32,000 bases of DNA from Nitrosomonas europaea (GCF_900167395.1 NZ_FUWK01000006.1:45410-77409), one strand, 5' to 3'. Shown: positions 19,051-28,537, numbered from the stretch's first letter. Translations and numbers: made by a program. The notes: generated by a model not told the origin, from the letters alone.

Positions 19051-19713
19051 TCATTGAACTGTTTCATCACGGGTTTCTGAAACATAAATCTCCACTCTGC
19101 GATTTTTGGCACGGCCTGCAGCAGTATTATTCGAAGCAACCGGTTGATACGAACCGCGGCCGTCGATCTGGATTCGCTGGAAAGGCACACCGCGACTGGC
19201 CAGATATTCGCGCGTACTGGCTGCACGATTAACCGATAACGGATTATTGACGGCATCACTACCGGTACTGTCGGTATGTCCGACAATCGTTACCCTAGTA
19301 CCTGGATTATTCAGCAAACTGGTTGCAAAGCTGTCGAGAATTGGACGGAAATCGGGCTTTATTTGTGCACTTCCCGTGTCAAAAGAAATATCGCTGGGAA
19401 TATTCAGCATCAGCTGGTTATCCGGTGTTTGTGATACCACTACGCCGGTACCGGCAGTGGCATTCTCCATCTGTATCTTTTGTTCCTCCATTTTTTTCGA
19501 CCACAGGTAACCGGCCCCGGCCCCTAACGCGGCACCGGCACCAGCGCCAATCGCAGCTCCTTTACCGCCCCCGGCCAATGCACCGATTGCTGCACCTGTT
19601 CCCGCACCAATCAGTGCACCTGTTCCTGCACCTTTCTGGGTACCACTCATATCGGCACACCCGGAAATAATGAACCCCGCTACCAATGTTGTTATGACTC
19701 TGGTTTTATACAT
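19051..19713 (-). CDS. OmpA-family lipoprotein with glycine-zipper segment
   Basis: It is 220 aa with lipobox ISGC. A GxxxG-rich stretch (GAGTGALIGAGTGAAIGALAGGG…) is followed by a C-terminal OmpA-like peptidoglycan-binding domain (…VTIVGHTDSTGS…NNPLSVNRA…NRRVEI). Confidence 0.88.
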   Translation of the reverse strand: MYKTRVITTLVAGFIISGCADMSGTQKGAGTGALIGAGTGAAIGALAGGGKGAAIGAGAGAALGAGAGYLWSKKMEEQKIQMENATAGTGVVVSQTPDNQLMLNIPSDISFDTGSAQIKPDFRPILDSFATSLLNNPGTRVTIVGHTDSTGSDAVNNPLSVNRAASTREYLASRGVPFQRIQIDGRGSYQPVASNNTAAGRAKNRRVEIYVSETRDETVQ

Positions 19714-19867
19714 AAACTCACCTTTTATGTTGACAGAATATCAGGGAATACTGTAGCAGAAGAAACCGAGAAAAAGCCAATAATCATCTTTTCTCTCGAA
19801 CTGCTGGCCAAAAAAGTTTTGTTGGCCATCGTCAATCGCCGCTGCGCCTTGGAAATTCGATCGTCTG

Positions 19868-20701
19868 CTATTTTTGAAAATTCTGGCTATCAACCCGAAC
19901 ATCTACCGATTGGCTTTGAATCCAGCCAGACAGATCATCCCTGGTCTGTACACGCAGCCAGTTGCCGCTGTACGCAGTAGCAGTCAAGGGAGTATCTTTT
20001 TCCAGTGAACCGATTACCCTGGAATGATCGGTCGGGTCCGCCCGCAGACTGATGGTTCGGGTAACAAGCAATGGAATCGAAATACGAAAAATCAGTGTGG
20101 CATCCTGAGATTCCAGCGCTTTTCTGGCCGGGTTGGCTATCGCATCAATCAGCTCACCGGATTGCGCAGCATGATTCATTGCACCGCTGTAATCCTTTTG
20201 TCTGTAGGCAACCATCGCCGCATCCAGTAAACGCTGTGCCAAAAGTTGGAAAACAGCATCTGATTCATCAAATACCGCCTGTCTGGCTGCATTGATGGCA
20301 ATTTCCACTTCGGCTATTTTCGAGGCAGCTTCCGGCTGTGTGGCCAAACGGTGCAATTTGTTCTTGGTACGACTGATCTCACTTGTAGTTTCCTGCAAAA
20401 CCTGTGCCTGATCCTGCTCTCGAGCATTCAGGTTGCGAATGAGCTCATCCTTTTCTGCGAGTTTCTGTTTCAGCGCTATGATTTCATCCCGGCATGTTCT
20501 TTGGCATGGCAATTTTTCCGGAATCGGGATAACCTCGATATTTCTTGTTTTTCCTGCGTTCGTTGCTTTAAGGCCGGCAGATTGTTTCGGTACCATGGAT
20601 CTGGATTGTTGGGTTGTGCACCCCCCCAGACTTACTCCCGAGAATATCAGGACTAACATGATCAGAGACGGTTTATCCGGGAGATGACAAAATCCTGACA
20701 T
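19868..20701 (-). CDS. lipoprotein with coiled-coil/helical region and C-terminal SH3b domain
   Basis: It is 277 aa with lipobox LGGC. The central helical region is DUF4398-like from memory. The C-terminus …VIGSLEKDTPLTATAYSGNWLRVQT…SGWIQSQSV follows the bacterial SH3 pattern. Confidence 0.75.
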   Translation of the reverse strand: MSGFCHLPDKPSLIMLVLIFSGVSLGGCTTQQSRSMVPKQSAGLKATNAGKTRNIEVIPIPEKLPCQRTCRDEIIALKQKLAEKDELIRNLNAREQDQAQVLQETTSEISRTKNKLHRLATQPEAASKIAEVEIAINAARQAVFDESDAVFQLLAQRLLDAAMVAYRQKDYSGAMNHAAQSGELIDAIANPARKALESQDATLIFRISIPLLVTRTISLRADPTDHSRVIGSLEKDTPLTATAYSGNWLRVQTRDDLSGWIQSQSVDVRVDSQNFQK

Positions 20702-20864
20702 CTTTACTTGATCTCTTAAAATAGGTTTTCTGCAAAAACGCGAGCGAGCCCAAGCTCCCTGAATCGACTGTCTGCAATTAAACTTTATTTTTAGCGCAAA
20801 AACAGGAAATATTTCCAGTGGCCGCTGCCATCATCCTTCTGATTCTTGACAATTACAACTCGAA

Positions 20865-21740
20865 ATGCATAACCGGGTAATTCGCTGGATATTGCTTCAG
20901 CTTGTTACAGCACTGCTGATTATCAGTGCTGTAACCATCATACTGGGTGAAATCGTAACAGGATCAGCCCCCACTGCTGTAGAAACTTTGCTGCCGGACT
21001 TCCCGGTAGAAACGGTTCAGATCCCTGTCAACGATGAGTATGCCGTACATGGCTGGCTGGCGCACGGAATGAGCGGACATGGCGCAGTTCTGCTCGTACA
21101 TTCCATGCGCAGCAACCGCCTTGAAATGCTTGGCCGTGCGAGATTTCTCAATAACCAGGGCTACCACGTGCTGATGATCGATTTACAAGCGCATGGAGAA
21201 ACACCTGGAGACCGCATTACCTTCGGTGCGCGTGAATCAGCCGATGTCGCAGCCGCAGTCGGCTATCTCCGGAGTACTTTTCCACATGATCGCATCGCTG
21301 CCATTGGCGCAACGCTTGGTGCCGCCGCAATAGTACTGGCCAATCCTCCGCTCAAACTCGATGCCATGATACTTGAATCTCTACATCCCACCTTTGCTGA
21401 AGCAGTTGCAAACAGACTTAAACTGCATCTGGGGAATACAGGAGAATATCTGCAGTTTCTGCTGCTCCCTTATTTCTCCTTCCTTCTCGATTTACCGGTC
21501 AATCAACTGAATCCTGTCGATCGGATCGGTAATATTGCCATTCCCGTCCTATTTATCGCAGGCACGCTCGACAGACATACGACTCAATCTGAAGTAAAAC
21601 GGTTGTATGATGCAGCACTACCTCCCAAGGAACTCTGGATTGTCGAAGGTGCCGGTCACTACAATATGCATACCTTTGCAGGAAAAAGTTACGAAATGCA
21701 GATCGCTGATTTTCTGTCGACCTACCTGCAAAGACAATAA
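20865..21740 (+). CDS. membrane-anchored alpha/beta hydrolase fold protein (Thr at the nucleophile elbow)
   Basis: It is 291 aa with an N-terminal TM. It has the alpha/beta-hydrolase layout, with Asp (AGTLDRH) and His (EGAGHYN) conserved. The elbow reads G-A-T-L-G, with ACG (Thr) where Ser is expected. Confidence 0.8.
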   Translation: MHNRVIRWILLQLVTALLIISAVTIILGEIVTGSAPTAVETLLPDFPVETVQIPVNDEYAVHGWLAHGMSGHGAVLLVHSMRSNRLEMLGRARFLNNQGYHVLMIDLQAHGETPGDRITFGARESADVAAAVGYLRSTFPHDRIAAIGATLGAAAIVLANPPLKLDAMILESLHPTFAEAVANRLKLHLGNTGEYLQFLLLPYFSFLLDLPVNQLNPVDRIGNIAIPVLFIAGTLDRHTTQSEVKRLYDAALPPKELWIVEGAGHYNMHTFAGKSYEMQIADFLSTYLQRQ

Positions 21741-21777
21741 TCATCGATTCCGTTTCATCAACCCGTCAGGAAAAACC

Positions 21778-22224
21778 ATGTCTGTTTATCATCACATTCT
21801 GCTTGCCGTGGATTTCTCGTCTGAGGATAGTCAAGTAGTGCAGAAAGTCAGAAATCTGGCATCACAAATCGGGGCAAGACTCAGCCTCATCCATGTGCTG
21901 GACAATATCCCCATGCCTGATACACCTTACGGCACGGCCATTCCCCTGGATACGGAAACGACCTATGATGCTATGCTAGATGTAGAAAAGCAGAAATTGA
22001 GCCAGATAGGCAACACATTAGGCATCGATCCTGCTCACCGCTGGCTGGTGTGGGGAGAACCCAGAGAGGAAATCATTCGTATTGCCGAACAGGAAAATGT
22101 TGATTTGATCGTGGTCGGATCACATGGCAGGCACGGGCTCGCATTGCTGCTGGGCTCCACGGCCAACAGTGTACTGCATTACGCAAAATGTGACGTTCTT
22201 GCAGTCCGTCTGCGGGACGATTAA
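21778..22224 (+). CDS. uspA: universal stress protein A family
   Basis: It is 148 aa from the ATG at 21778, with AGGA 7 nt upstream. It starts MSVYHHILLAVDFS… and carries …VVGSHGRHGLALLLGSTANSV…, the Usp ATP-binding motif. The track ORF 21607-22224 is an N-terminal over-extension into the hydrolase gene. Confidence 0.9.
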   Translation: MSVYHHILLAVDFSSEDSQVVQKVRNLASQIGARLSLIHVLDNIPMPDTPYGTAIPLDTETTYDAMLDVEKQKLSQIGNTLGIDPAHRWLVWGEPREEIIRIAEQENVDLIVVGSHGRHGLALLLGSTANSVLHYAKCDVLAVRLRDD

Positions 22225-22257
22225 GCAGGCCATCACTCGGCGATCTGCTATTTTGCC

Positions 22258-22290
22258 TTGACAAAAATCCTGATTGATAACTATTCTTGT
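22258..22290 (+). promoter_or_regulatory. candidate sigma70 promoter with overlapping Fur-box-like site
   Basis: The -35 TTGACA (22258-22263) is followed by an 18-bp spacer and TATTCT (22282-22287). The spacer and -10 contain tgattGATAACtATTcT. This gives 11/19 matches to GATAATGATAATCATTATC by my alignment of 22270-22288. It sits directly upstream of an iron ABC transporter. Confidence 0.4.
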
Positions 22291-22413
22291 TGAAGCTATA
22301 CAGTCCCGGTCAGGCAATGTTTTCAAGACAGAATATAGCGTTTCCTGAACTTTCCCTCCTCGTCTTCACTGGCAGGATTCGAATGTCGCTTGTTCAACCC
22401 CGGAGTTAAAATT

Positions 22414-23445
22414 ATGTCCCGTTCTTTCATTTTTTCCGGTCATGTTGGCCGCTGGTGCAGCAGTTTTCTGCTCATTGTTTTTTTGTTTGCAGTCCCGATA
22501 TCATCACAGGCGGAAGAAATTGTCGTTTATTCGTCAAGAATCGAGCAACTGATCAAACCTTTATTTGACGCCTTCACCAAAGAAACCGGCATCACTGTCA
22601 AATTCACCACGGACAAGGAAGGTGCATTACTGACCCGCCTGCTCGCAGAAGGTAAAAGAACACCAGCTGATGTACTCATCACGACGGATGCGGGAAACTT
22701 ATGGGAAGCTGCTCGCAACGGGTTGCTGAAACCGGTTACTTCTCCTGTTCTGCAAGCCAACATTCCTGAAAATTTGCAGGATCCGCAAGGACAATGGTTT
22801 GGATTGACAGTTCGCGCCCGTACCATTGTCTACAATACCCGGAAAGTCAAACCTGAAGAATTGTCCACCTATGCAGATCTGGCTGATCCGAAATGGAAGC
22901 ACCGGTTATGTCTGCGCACTTCCAAAAAAGTGTATAACCAGTCGCTGGTCGCGATGATGATTGCAGAGCTGGGCGAGACTGAAACTGAACGCATCGTCAA
23001 AGGATGGGTAGATAATCTCGCAACCGACCCAGTTGCAGATGATACGCTTGCACTGGAATTTGTCGCAGCAGGACGCTGTGACGTGACTTTGGTCAATACC
23101 TATTACTACGGCCGGTTGATGCGTGAAAATCCGACACTCCCCCTGGCAATTTTCTGGCCAAATCAGGCCACGACTGGCGTACATATCAATGTTTCCGGTG
23201 CGGGTGTTATCCAGTACAGCAAACATGGAGCTGCTGCCGTGCGGTTACTGGAATTCCTTTCTTCCGAACAGGCACAAAAACTGTTTGTTGAACTCAATAT
23301 GGAATATCCCGCCAATCCAAAAGTTGAATATGGTGAGCTGCTCAATAGCTGGGGCAGTTTCAAGGGAGATCCGAGAAGTATCGTGCAGGCGGGTGAATTA
23401 CAAGCCGATGCAGTCCGGCTGATGGATCGTGCAGGATACCGCTAG
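22414..23445 (+). CDS. Fe(3+) ABC transporter periplasmic substrate-binding protein (FbpA/AfuA-like)
   Basis: GGAG lies 8 nt upstream of the ATG at 22414. There is a signal peptide …FAVPISSQA/EE. It resembles ferric-binding proteins (…IVVYSSR…DVLITTDAGNLW…) and is followed by a matching permease and ATPase. Confidence 0.88.
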   Translation: MSRSFIFSGHVGRWCSSFLLIVFLFAVPISSQAEEIVVYSSRIEQLIKPLFDAFTKETGITVKFTTDKEGALLTRLLAEGKRTPADVLITTDAGNLWEAARNGLLKPVTSPVLQANIPENLQDPQGQWFGLTVRARTIVYNTRKVKPEELSTYADLADPKWKHRLCLRTSKKVYNQSLVAMMIAELGETETERIVKGWVDNLATDPVADDTLALEFVAAGRCDVTLVNTYYYGRLMRENPTLPLAIFWPNQATTGVHINVSGAGVIQYSKHGAAAVRLLEFLSSEQAQKLFVELNMEYPANPKVEYGELLNSWGSFKGDPRSIVQAGELQADAVRLMDRAGYR

Positions 23446-23457
23446 AGTGCGATTCAT

Positions 23458-25140
23458 TTGAAAAACGATTTTTCTTCCGTCAATCCGGCTGCAATATCTG
23501 ACATCCAGCAGCATTCCAGTTACGAAGCCGGATATGGAATTCGACGCGCCTGGCGCGTCTTTCCATTTCTGGTGGCCGGTGTGGTGCTTGTACCGGTATG
23601 CGTGGTATTTGCCTCATTTCTCTCGCCGGATGATGAGATCTGGCAACATCTGATCTCTACCACGCTACCGAGTCTGCTGACGAACACCCTATGGCTTTCA
23701 CTGGGAGTCATAGTGGGAACCTCTCTCCTGGGAGTCAGTCTCGCCTGGTTTACTTCGGTTTACAGGTTTCCCGGGTATCGTTTTTTTTCCTGGGCATTAT
23801 TCCTGCCACTGGCAATTCCTGCCTATGTAATCGCCTTTGTAGCGCTGGGTACGTTTGACTATACCGGGCCGGTACAAACCAGTTTGCGTCATTGGTTCAA
23901 CTCTGATCTGCTCTGGTTTCCCGATATACGTAGCGGGCCGGGTGTGGCAATCGTAATGACACTCGCTTTTTACCCCTATGTCTATTTGCTCTCACGCGAT
24001 GCCTTTCTGACACAGGGAAAACGTTTGCTGGAAGTTGCCCAATCTCTGGGCTTCACTCGTCAGCAAGGTTTTTTCAGAGTAGTACTGCCGATGGCGCGTC
24101 CCTGGATCGTTGCCGGCATCATGCTGGCTCTGATGGAAACGCTGGCTGATTTTGGTACAGTCTCCATTTTCAACTACGATACATTCACCACCGCGATTTA
24201 TAAAACCTGGTTCGGCATGTTTTCCCTGTCAACTGCTTCGCAGCTTGCTTCACTGCTTATTCTGATTGTACTTGTCATCATCATGACAGAACAACGGTTC
24301 CGCCTGCGGATGCGTTTTTCTGAAAGCAGGAAAAGTGCACGGGTTGAACGTATTCCGCTCACCGGCTGGCAGGCAATGGCAGTAACCGGTTTTGCCGGTA
24401 CAGTATTGTTTTTTGCTTTTGCATTACCCATTATACAGTTGGGTATATGGGCCATGGATGCGCTGACCATCGGCCTGGATCAGCGTTATCTCGAGTTCGC
24501 CTGGCATTCTATCCTGCTTTCTGTACTGGCTGCCTTGATAACCTGTCTGGTAGCGGCCATGCTGGCATATGCCGCACGCCTCCATTCAGATGGTTATACG
24601 CGTTTTGCCATTCGTCTCACCACAGTTGGCTATGCTTTACCGGGTGCAGTACTGGCAGTGGGAATATTCATTCCGATGGCGTGGCTGGATAATCTGCTGA
24701 GTGACTGGATCGAAAATATTTCCGGGGTTGAAACCGGATTACTGATCCAGGGAACGCTCACGGTCATGCTGGTTGCGTATATGACCCGTTTTCTCGCAGT
24801 CAGTTACTTTCCTCTGGAAAGCGCGCTGCAGCGCGTAACACGCAGCATCGACGAGGCTGCCGCCGGTTTTGGTGTTACCGGCTGGTCAATGTTGAGAATG
24901 ATCTATTTTCCAATGTTGAAAAGCAGCCTGTTTACGGCAGCAACACTGGTATTCGTGGATGTCATGAAGGAAATGCCCATTACGCTGATGACCCGGCCTT
25001 TCGACTGGGATACCCTGGCGGTGCGCATTTTCTCATTAACCTCTGAAGGACAATGGGATCAAGCGGCATTGCCTGCATTGACACTGATTCTGACCGGACT
25101 GATTCCAATCATTCTTCTGATACGCCATTCCGAAACCTGA
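23458..25140 (+). CDS. Fe(3+) ABC transporter permease (duplicated TMD, FbpB-like)
   Basis: It is 560 aa with two tandem MalFG-type permease halves. The only upstream in-frame start is TTG at 23458. Confidence 0.88.
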   Translation: MKNDFSSVNPAAISDIQQHSSYEAGYGIRRAWRVFPFLVAGVVLVPVCVVFASFLSPDDEIWQHLISTTLPSLLTNTLWLSLGVIVGTSLLGVSLAWFTSVYRFPGYRFFSWALFLPLAIPAYVIAFVALGTFDYTGPVQTSLRHWFNSDLLWFPDIRSGPGVAIVMTLAFYPYVYLLSRDAFLTQGKRLLEVAQSLGFTRQQGFFRVVLPMARPWIVAGIMLALMETLADFGTVSIFNYDTFTTAIYKTWFGMFSLSTASQLASLLILIVLVIIMTEQRFRLRMRFSESRKSARVERIPLTGWQAMAVTGFAGTVLFFAFALPIIQLGIWAMDALTIGLDQRYLEFAWHSILLSVLAALITCLVAAMLAYAARLHSDGYTRFAIRLTTVGYALPGAVLAVGIFIPMAWLDNLLSDWIENISGVETGLLIQGTLTVMLVAYMTRFLAVSYFPLESALQRVTRSIDEAAAGFGVTGWSMLRMIYFPMLKSSLFTAATLVFVDVMKEMPITLMTRPFDWDTLAVRIFSLTSEGQWDQAALPALTLILTGLIPIILLIRHSET

Positions 25141-25147
25141 CTCAAAA

Positions 25148-26218
25148 ATGAGTACATTGCTGGAACTTGACAGAATCAGCCACGCCTATGGCGCACAGGT
25201 TATCGTGAATGAACTGTCATTCGAGCTGGAAAAAGGCGAGATCGGTTGCCTGCTTGGTCCAAGCGGTTGCGGCAAAACGACTGTTTTGCGCTGTATCGCC
25301 GGGTTCGAGCCGATTGTATCCGGTGAAATACGGTTGAATGAAATTTCTGTCAGCCGTGCCGGATTCGTTCTGCCACCCGAGCAACGGCGGGTAGGTATGG
25401 TATTTCAGGAATATGCGCTGTTCCCGCACCTGACTGTAACCGCCAATGTCGGGTTTGGTCTGCACCGCAGCACCAAAGCAGAGCGGGCTCATCGGGTTGC
25501 CGAATTGCTGCAGATCACCGGTTTGATGGAAGTAGCCAATCGTTACCCGCATGAATTATCTGGCGGTCAGCAGCAGCGTGTGGCATTGGTGCGGGCACTG
25601 GCCCCCTATCCTGACCTGATATTGCTGGATGAACCGTTCTCCAATCTCGATGTAAGTTTGCGTGAATACCTAGGCCAGGAAATACGCGAGCTGCTCAAGA
25701 AACTGAACATTACTGCGATTCTGGTTACGCACGACCAGGCGGAGGCTTTTGCCGTTGCAGACAAAATAGGTGTGATGCATGCTGGAAAAATGATGCAGTG
25801 GGGCAGCGCACATGAGCTCTACCATCATCCCGCAAATCGTTTCATCGCGGATTTCATCGGGCAGGGCACACTGATTCCTGGAAAAGTCACACACTCCGAT
25901 AAAGTGGAAACCGAGTTGGGTACCCTGGCCGGAAACATTTATCACCCGGGCCATTCATCCCGTGAAATTGCGGGCAGCCAGGTGGATGTACTGATACGCC
26001 CTGATGATGTTATTCATGATAACGATAGTTCGCTGCGGGCTGTCGTAGTACACAAAGCGTTCCGCGGTGCACAATTTCTTTATACGTTACGCCTTGCCAG
26101 CGGACAGAGTGTGCTGTCACTGATTTCCAGCCACCACGATCATGCCATTGGTGAGAAAATTGGCATCAGGCCACAAACTGACCATATTGTGGTATTTGAC
26201 CGGGTTAACAGTCAGTAA
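25148..26218 (+). CDS. Fe(3+) ABC transporter ATP-binding protein (FbpC-like)
   Basis: It has Walker [10 protein letters not shown], signature [11 protein letters not shown] and Walker B LILLDEP. A C-terminal regulatory/TOBE-like extension is present. Confidence 0.92.
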   Translation: MSTLLELDRISHAYGAQVIVNELSFELEKGEIGCLLGPSGCGKTTVLRCIAGFEPIVSGEIRLNEISVSRAGFVLPPEQRRVGMVFQEYALFPHLTVTANVGFGLHRSTKAERAHRVAELLQITGLMEVANRYPHELSGGQQQRVALVRALAPYPDLILLDEPFSNLDVSLREYLGQEIRELLKKLNITAILVTHDQAEAFAVADKIGVMHAGKMMQWGSAHELYHHPANRFIADFIGQGTLIPGKVTHSDKVETELGTLAGNIYHPGHSSREIAGSQVDVLIRPDDVIHDNDSSLRAVVVHKAFRGAQFLYTLRLASGQSVLSLISSHHDHAIGEKIGIRPQTDHIVVFDRVNSQ

Positions 26219-26240
26219 CGAAATTTCAGTGAGGAAAAAC

Positions 26241-26561
26241 ATGCTGCTTACCACGACCCCTGTCATAGAAGGCAAACGCATCACACATTATTACGGCATC
26301 GTCGCCGGCGAAGCTGTCCTGGGTGCGAATGTCTTGAAAGATCTTTTTGCGGGCATTCGTGATTTTGTCGGCGGACGTTCAGGAACTTATGAAAAAGAAC
26401 TGCAGCATGCCCGTGAAATCGCCCTGGAAGAGCTACAGGAGAATGCTCACAGGCTGGGTGCCAATGCAGTAATCGGAATCGATATCGATTATGAAGTGCT
26501 TGGCAAGGAAAATGGCATGCTGATGGTGTCAGTAAGTGGAACAGCTGTTTTTGTCGAGTAA
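26241..26561 (+). CDS. ybjQ: YbjQ/UPF0145 family protein
   Basis: It is 106 aa from the ATG at 26241, with GAGGA upstream. The sequence [54 protein letters not shown]… is near-colinear with E. coli YbjQ. It lies 22 nt after the fbpC-like stop. Confidence 0.9.
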   Translation: MLLTTTPVIEGKRITHYYGIVAGEAVLGANVLKDLFAGIRDFVGGRSGTYEKELQHAREIALEELQENAHRLGANAVIGIDIDYEVLGKENGMLMVSVSGTAVFVE

Positions 26562-26583
26562 TCGAATCGATACACCCATACTG

Positions 26584-27642
26584 TTACCGGTCAGCCGAAT
26601 AGGATGATCTGGCAGTATGGATCGCTCTAGCCAACTCAAAAACAGACATGGCGTAGAAGGTACTGCGGTTATAGCGCGTGATCACATAAAAATTTTTGAA
26701 TCCCAACCATAACTGACGCTTGCCCTGGCTGTTCAATTCCAGCAAGGCAGAGAGGGTATCATCTGCAACAGGATCAAGTGGAGTGATACCGGCCTGGCGC
26801 AGTTTCCAGACGGAATGTAACGGTTTGATATCTGTGTCCAGGAATTCCTGCAGATTCTGTGATCCGGCTCGTGCGCGAATAGCAACCGGTTTGCCCGCCT
26901 CCCATCCGTATTCCTTCAGATAATTGCCTATACTGCCTATTGCATCGACGGCACTCCTGGAAAGATCGATCTTTCCATCATTGTTGAAGTCGACTGCGTA
27001 GCGCCGGTAGCTTCCGGGCATAAACTGAGGGACACCAATTGCGCCGGCGTAAGAGCCTTTGATGTCCAGCAAACCAAATTTCTGTTCCCTGGCCAGCAAT
27101 AAATAGTTTTCCAGCTCTTCCCGAAAATAATCTGCTCTTCTGGGAAAATCAAAGGCGAGTGTCGTCAGTGCATCCATGACGCGATAATTTCCGGTCGATG
27201 AACCATAGGAAGTCTCAATACCGATAATCGCCACGATGATTTCTTCAGGTACGCCGTAAATTTTCCTTGCACGCTCCAGATCAGCGGCATATTTGTTCCA
27301 GAAATCGACTCCGCCTTTGATACGCTGCATGTTGACGAATCGCTTCCGATATTCATCCCAGGAAATTGCTGAAGCCGGGGTGGAAATCAGTTTGAGAATC
27401 TCCGGCCGGAAATTCGTTTGAATAAAAGCATCTTCCAGTTCATGCGCATCATATCCATGACGGCTCACCATATCTGTTACAAAACTTCTGATTTCCAGAC
27501 GCAAACCGGAAACAGGTTGTTCCGCCATGCACGAAGTATGATGTGTGACCAAAGATGTCAAAATAAATAAAGTCAGGCGGTTACGAGAATGCCCAAAAGT
27601 GTTGTGCTTGATAGGATTCGTTACAGCAGGTCGCAGAAACAT
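26584..27642 (-). CDS. mltB: lytic murein transglycosylase B family
   Basis: The sequence …IIGIETSYGSSTGN… contains the catalytic Glu, and …YAGAIGVPQFMPGSYRRYAVDFNNDG… is also present. The longest ORF runs to 27747, but its first 35 aa are not signal-like. The Met at 27642 precedes a signal-like RLTLFILTSLV…SC segment. The start is uncertain. Confidence 0.88.
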   Translation of the reverse strand: MFLRPAVTNPIKHNTFGHSRNRLTLFILTSLVTHHTSCMAEQPVSGLRLEIRSFVTDMVSRHGYDAHELEDAFIQTNFRPEILKLISTPASAISWDEYRKRFVNMQRIKGGVDFWNKYAADLERARKIYGVPEEIIVAIIGIETSYGSSTGNYRVMDALTTLAFDFPRRADYFREELENYLLLAREQKFGLLDIKGSYAGAIGVPQFMPGSYRRYAVDFNNDGKIDLSRSAVDAIGSIGNYLKEYGWEAGKPVAIRARAGSQNLQEFLDTDIKPLHSVWKLRQAGITPLDPVADDTLSALLELNSQGKRQLWLGFKNFYVITRYNRSTFYAMSVFELARAIHTARSSYSADR

Positions 27643-27916
27643 CGAATAAACCCGGCAGAAATCCTGCTTAATCAATAGAATAAGCCTGTACAGATACCTT
27701 AAGATATTAGGGCATCTACTTTGATCGAACAGAGAAAAGTATTTCATTGATGGAAGCCTGAAATCAGATAGTTGTATTAATTTAAGTACCCGGTAATAAA
27801 GAATAAAGCAGTAATCTACCGTATTACTATGTCAGTTTCAAAATCAGCTTTTACTGATATTCCGGGACATCTTTGATAAAGATCCGTAGAATCTCCAAAA
27901 AATATTGCCAGATTTA

Positions 27917-27944
27917 TTGATTCAAACGTTATTGTAAGTATAAT
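27917..27944 (+). promoter_or_regulatory. near-consensus sigma70 promoter TTGATT-16 bp-TATAAT
   Basis: The elements are TTGATT at 27917-27922 and TATAAT at 27939-27944. It faces trxA and implies a leader of roughly 260 nt before the trxA ATG at 28211. Confidence 0.45.
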
Positions 27945-28210
27945 AAATAAAATAGGTCTTCTCGTTTTGTCTCATGGTCGTGGTAAAGGCGGTATTGTTG
28001 GAAATAAAGGCAACAGTGCTGTGTAGTTTACTTTAATCACCCGCCTGATCTTTCAGTAGTATACAAACATAGAATCATTCCCGTGTTTAGGTTGCCTCCA
28101 GCAGCTCATCTAAGCAGGTGGTTCGAATTCTGTTAATGGCCCCAGGTGCGATAGGTTTTGGCTGTCACCAGGCGTCCATTTTGCTCCAACAAACATTAAA
28201 AGAGGATTTC

Positions 28211-28537
28211 ATGAGCCAACACATTCATTATGTTACGGATGCAAGTTTTGAATCAGAAGTGTTGCAATGTCCTGTCCCGGTACTTGTTGATTACTGGGCA
28301 GAATGGTGTGGGCCATGCAGGATGATTGCACCTCTTCTGGATGAGATTGCCAGTGAGTATGGTGACCGCCTCAAGATAGCCAAACTCAACATAGATGAAA
28401 ACCAGTCGACTCCTCAGAAGTACGGTATTCGCGGAATTCCCACCCTGATGATATTCAAGAATGGAAATATCGAGGCGACCAAGGTTGGAGCTTTATCAAA
28501 ATCACAGTTGACAGCATTTGTCGACAGTCATTTATAA
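28211..28537 (+). CDS. trxA: thioredoxin 1
   Basis: It is 108 aa with the WCGPC active site. AGAGGA lies upstream of the ATG at 28211. The track start at 28118 is a GTG over-extension. Confidence 0.96.
   Translation: MSQHIHYVTDASFESEVLQCPVPVLVDYWAEWCGPCRMIAPLLDEIASEYGDRLKIAKLNIDENQSTPQKYGIRGIPTLMIFKNGNIEATKVGALSKSQLTAFVDSHL

Noticed and set aside
19500-19640. A repetitive-looking GC-rich stretch (ggcaccggc/gcaccagc-type units).
   Set aside because: It encodes the GxxxG glycine-zipper of the OmpA-family lipoprotein. It is in-frame codon repetition, not a tandem repeat array or CRISPR.
21607-21777. N-terminal over-extensions of track ORFs. The uspA example is shown here. The same applies to ybjQ (26142-26240), trxA (28118-28210), copZ (14357-14401) and fbpA (22390-22413).
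   Set aside because: In each case an internal ATG with a good Shine-Dalgarno gives the canonical family N-terminus. The extension overlaps the upstream gene or spacer.
28117-28132. GGTGGTTCGAATTC resembles the tRNA T-loop consensus GGTTCGAAT.
   Set aside because: The flanking bases do not form a T-stem, and no acceptor, D or anticodon arms can be drawn. It is not a tRNA or tmRNA fragment as far as I can tell by eye.
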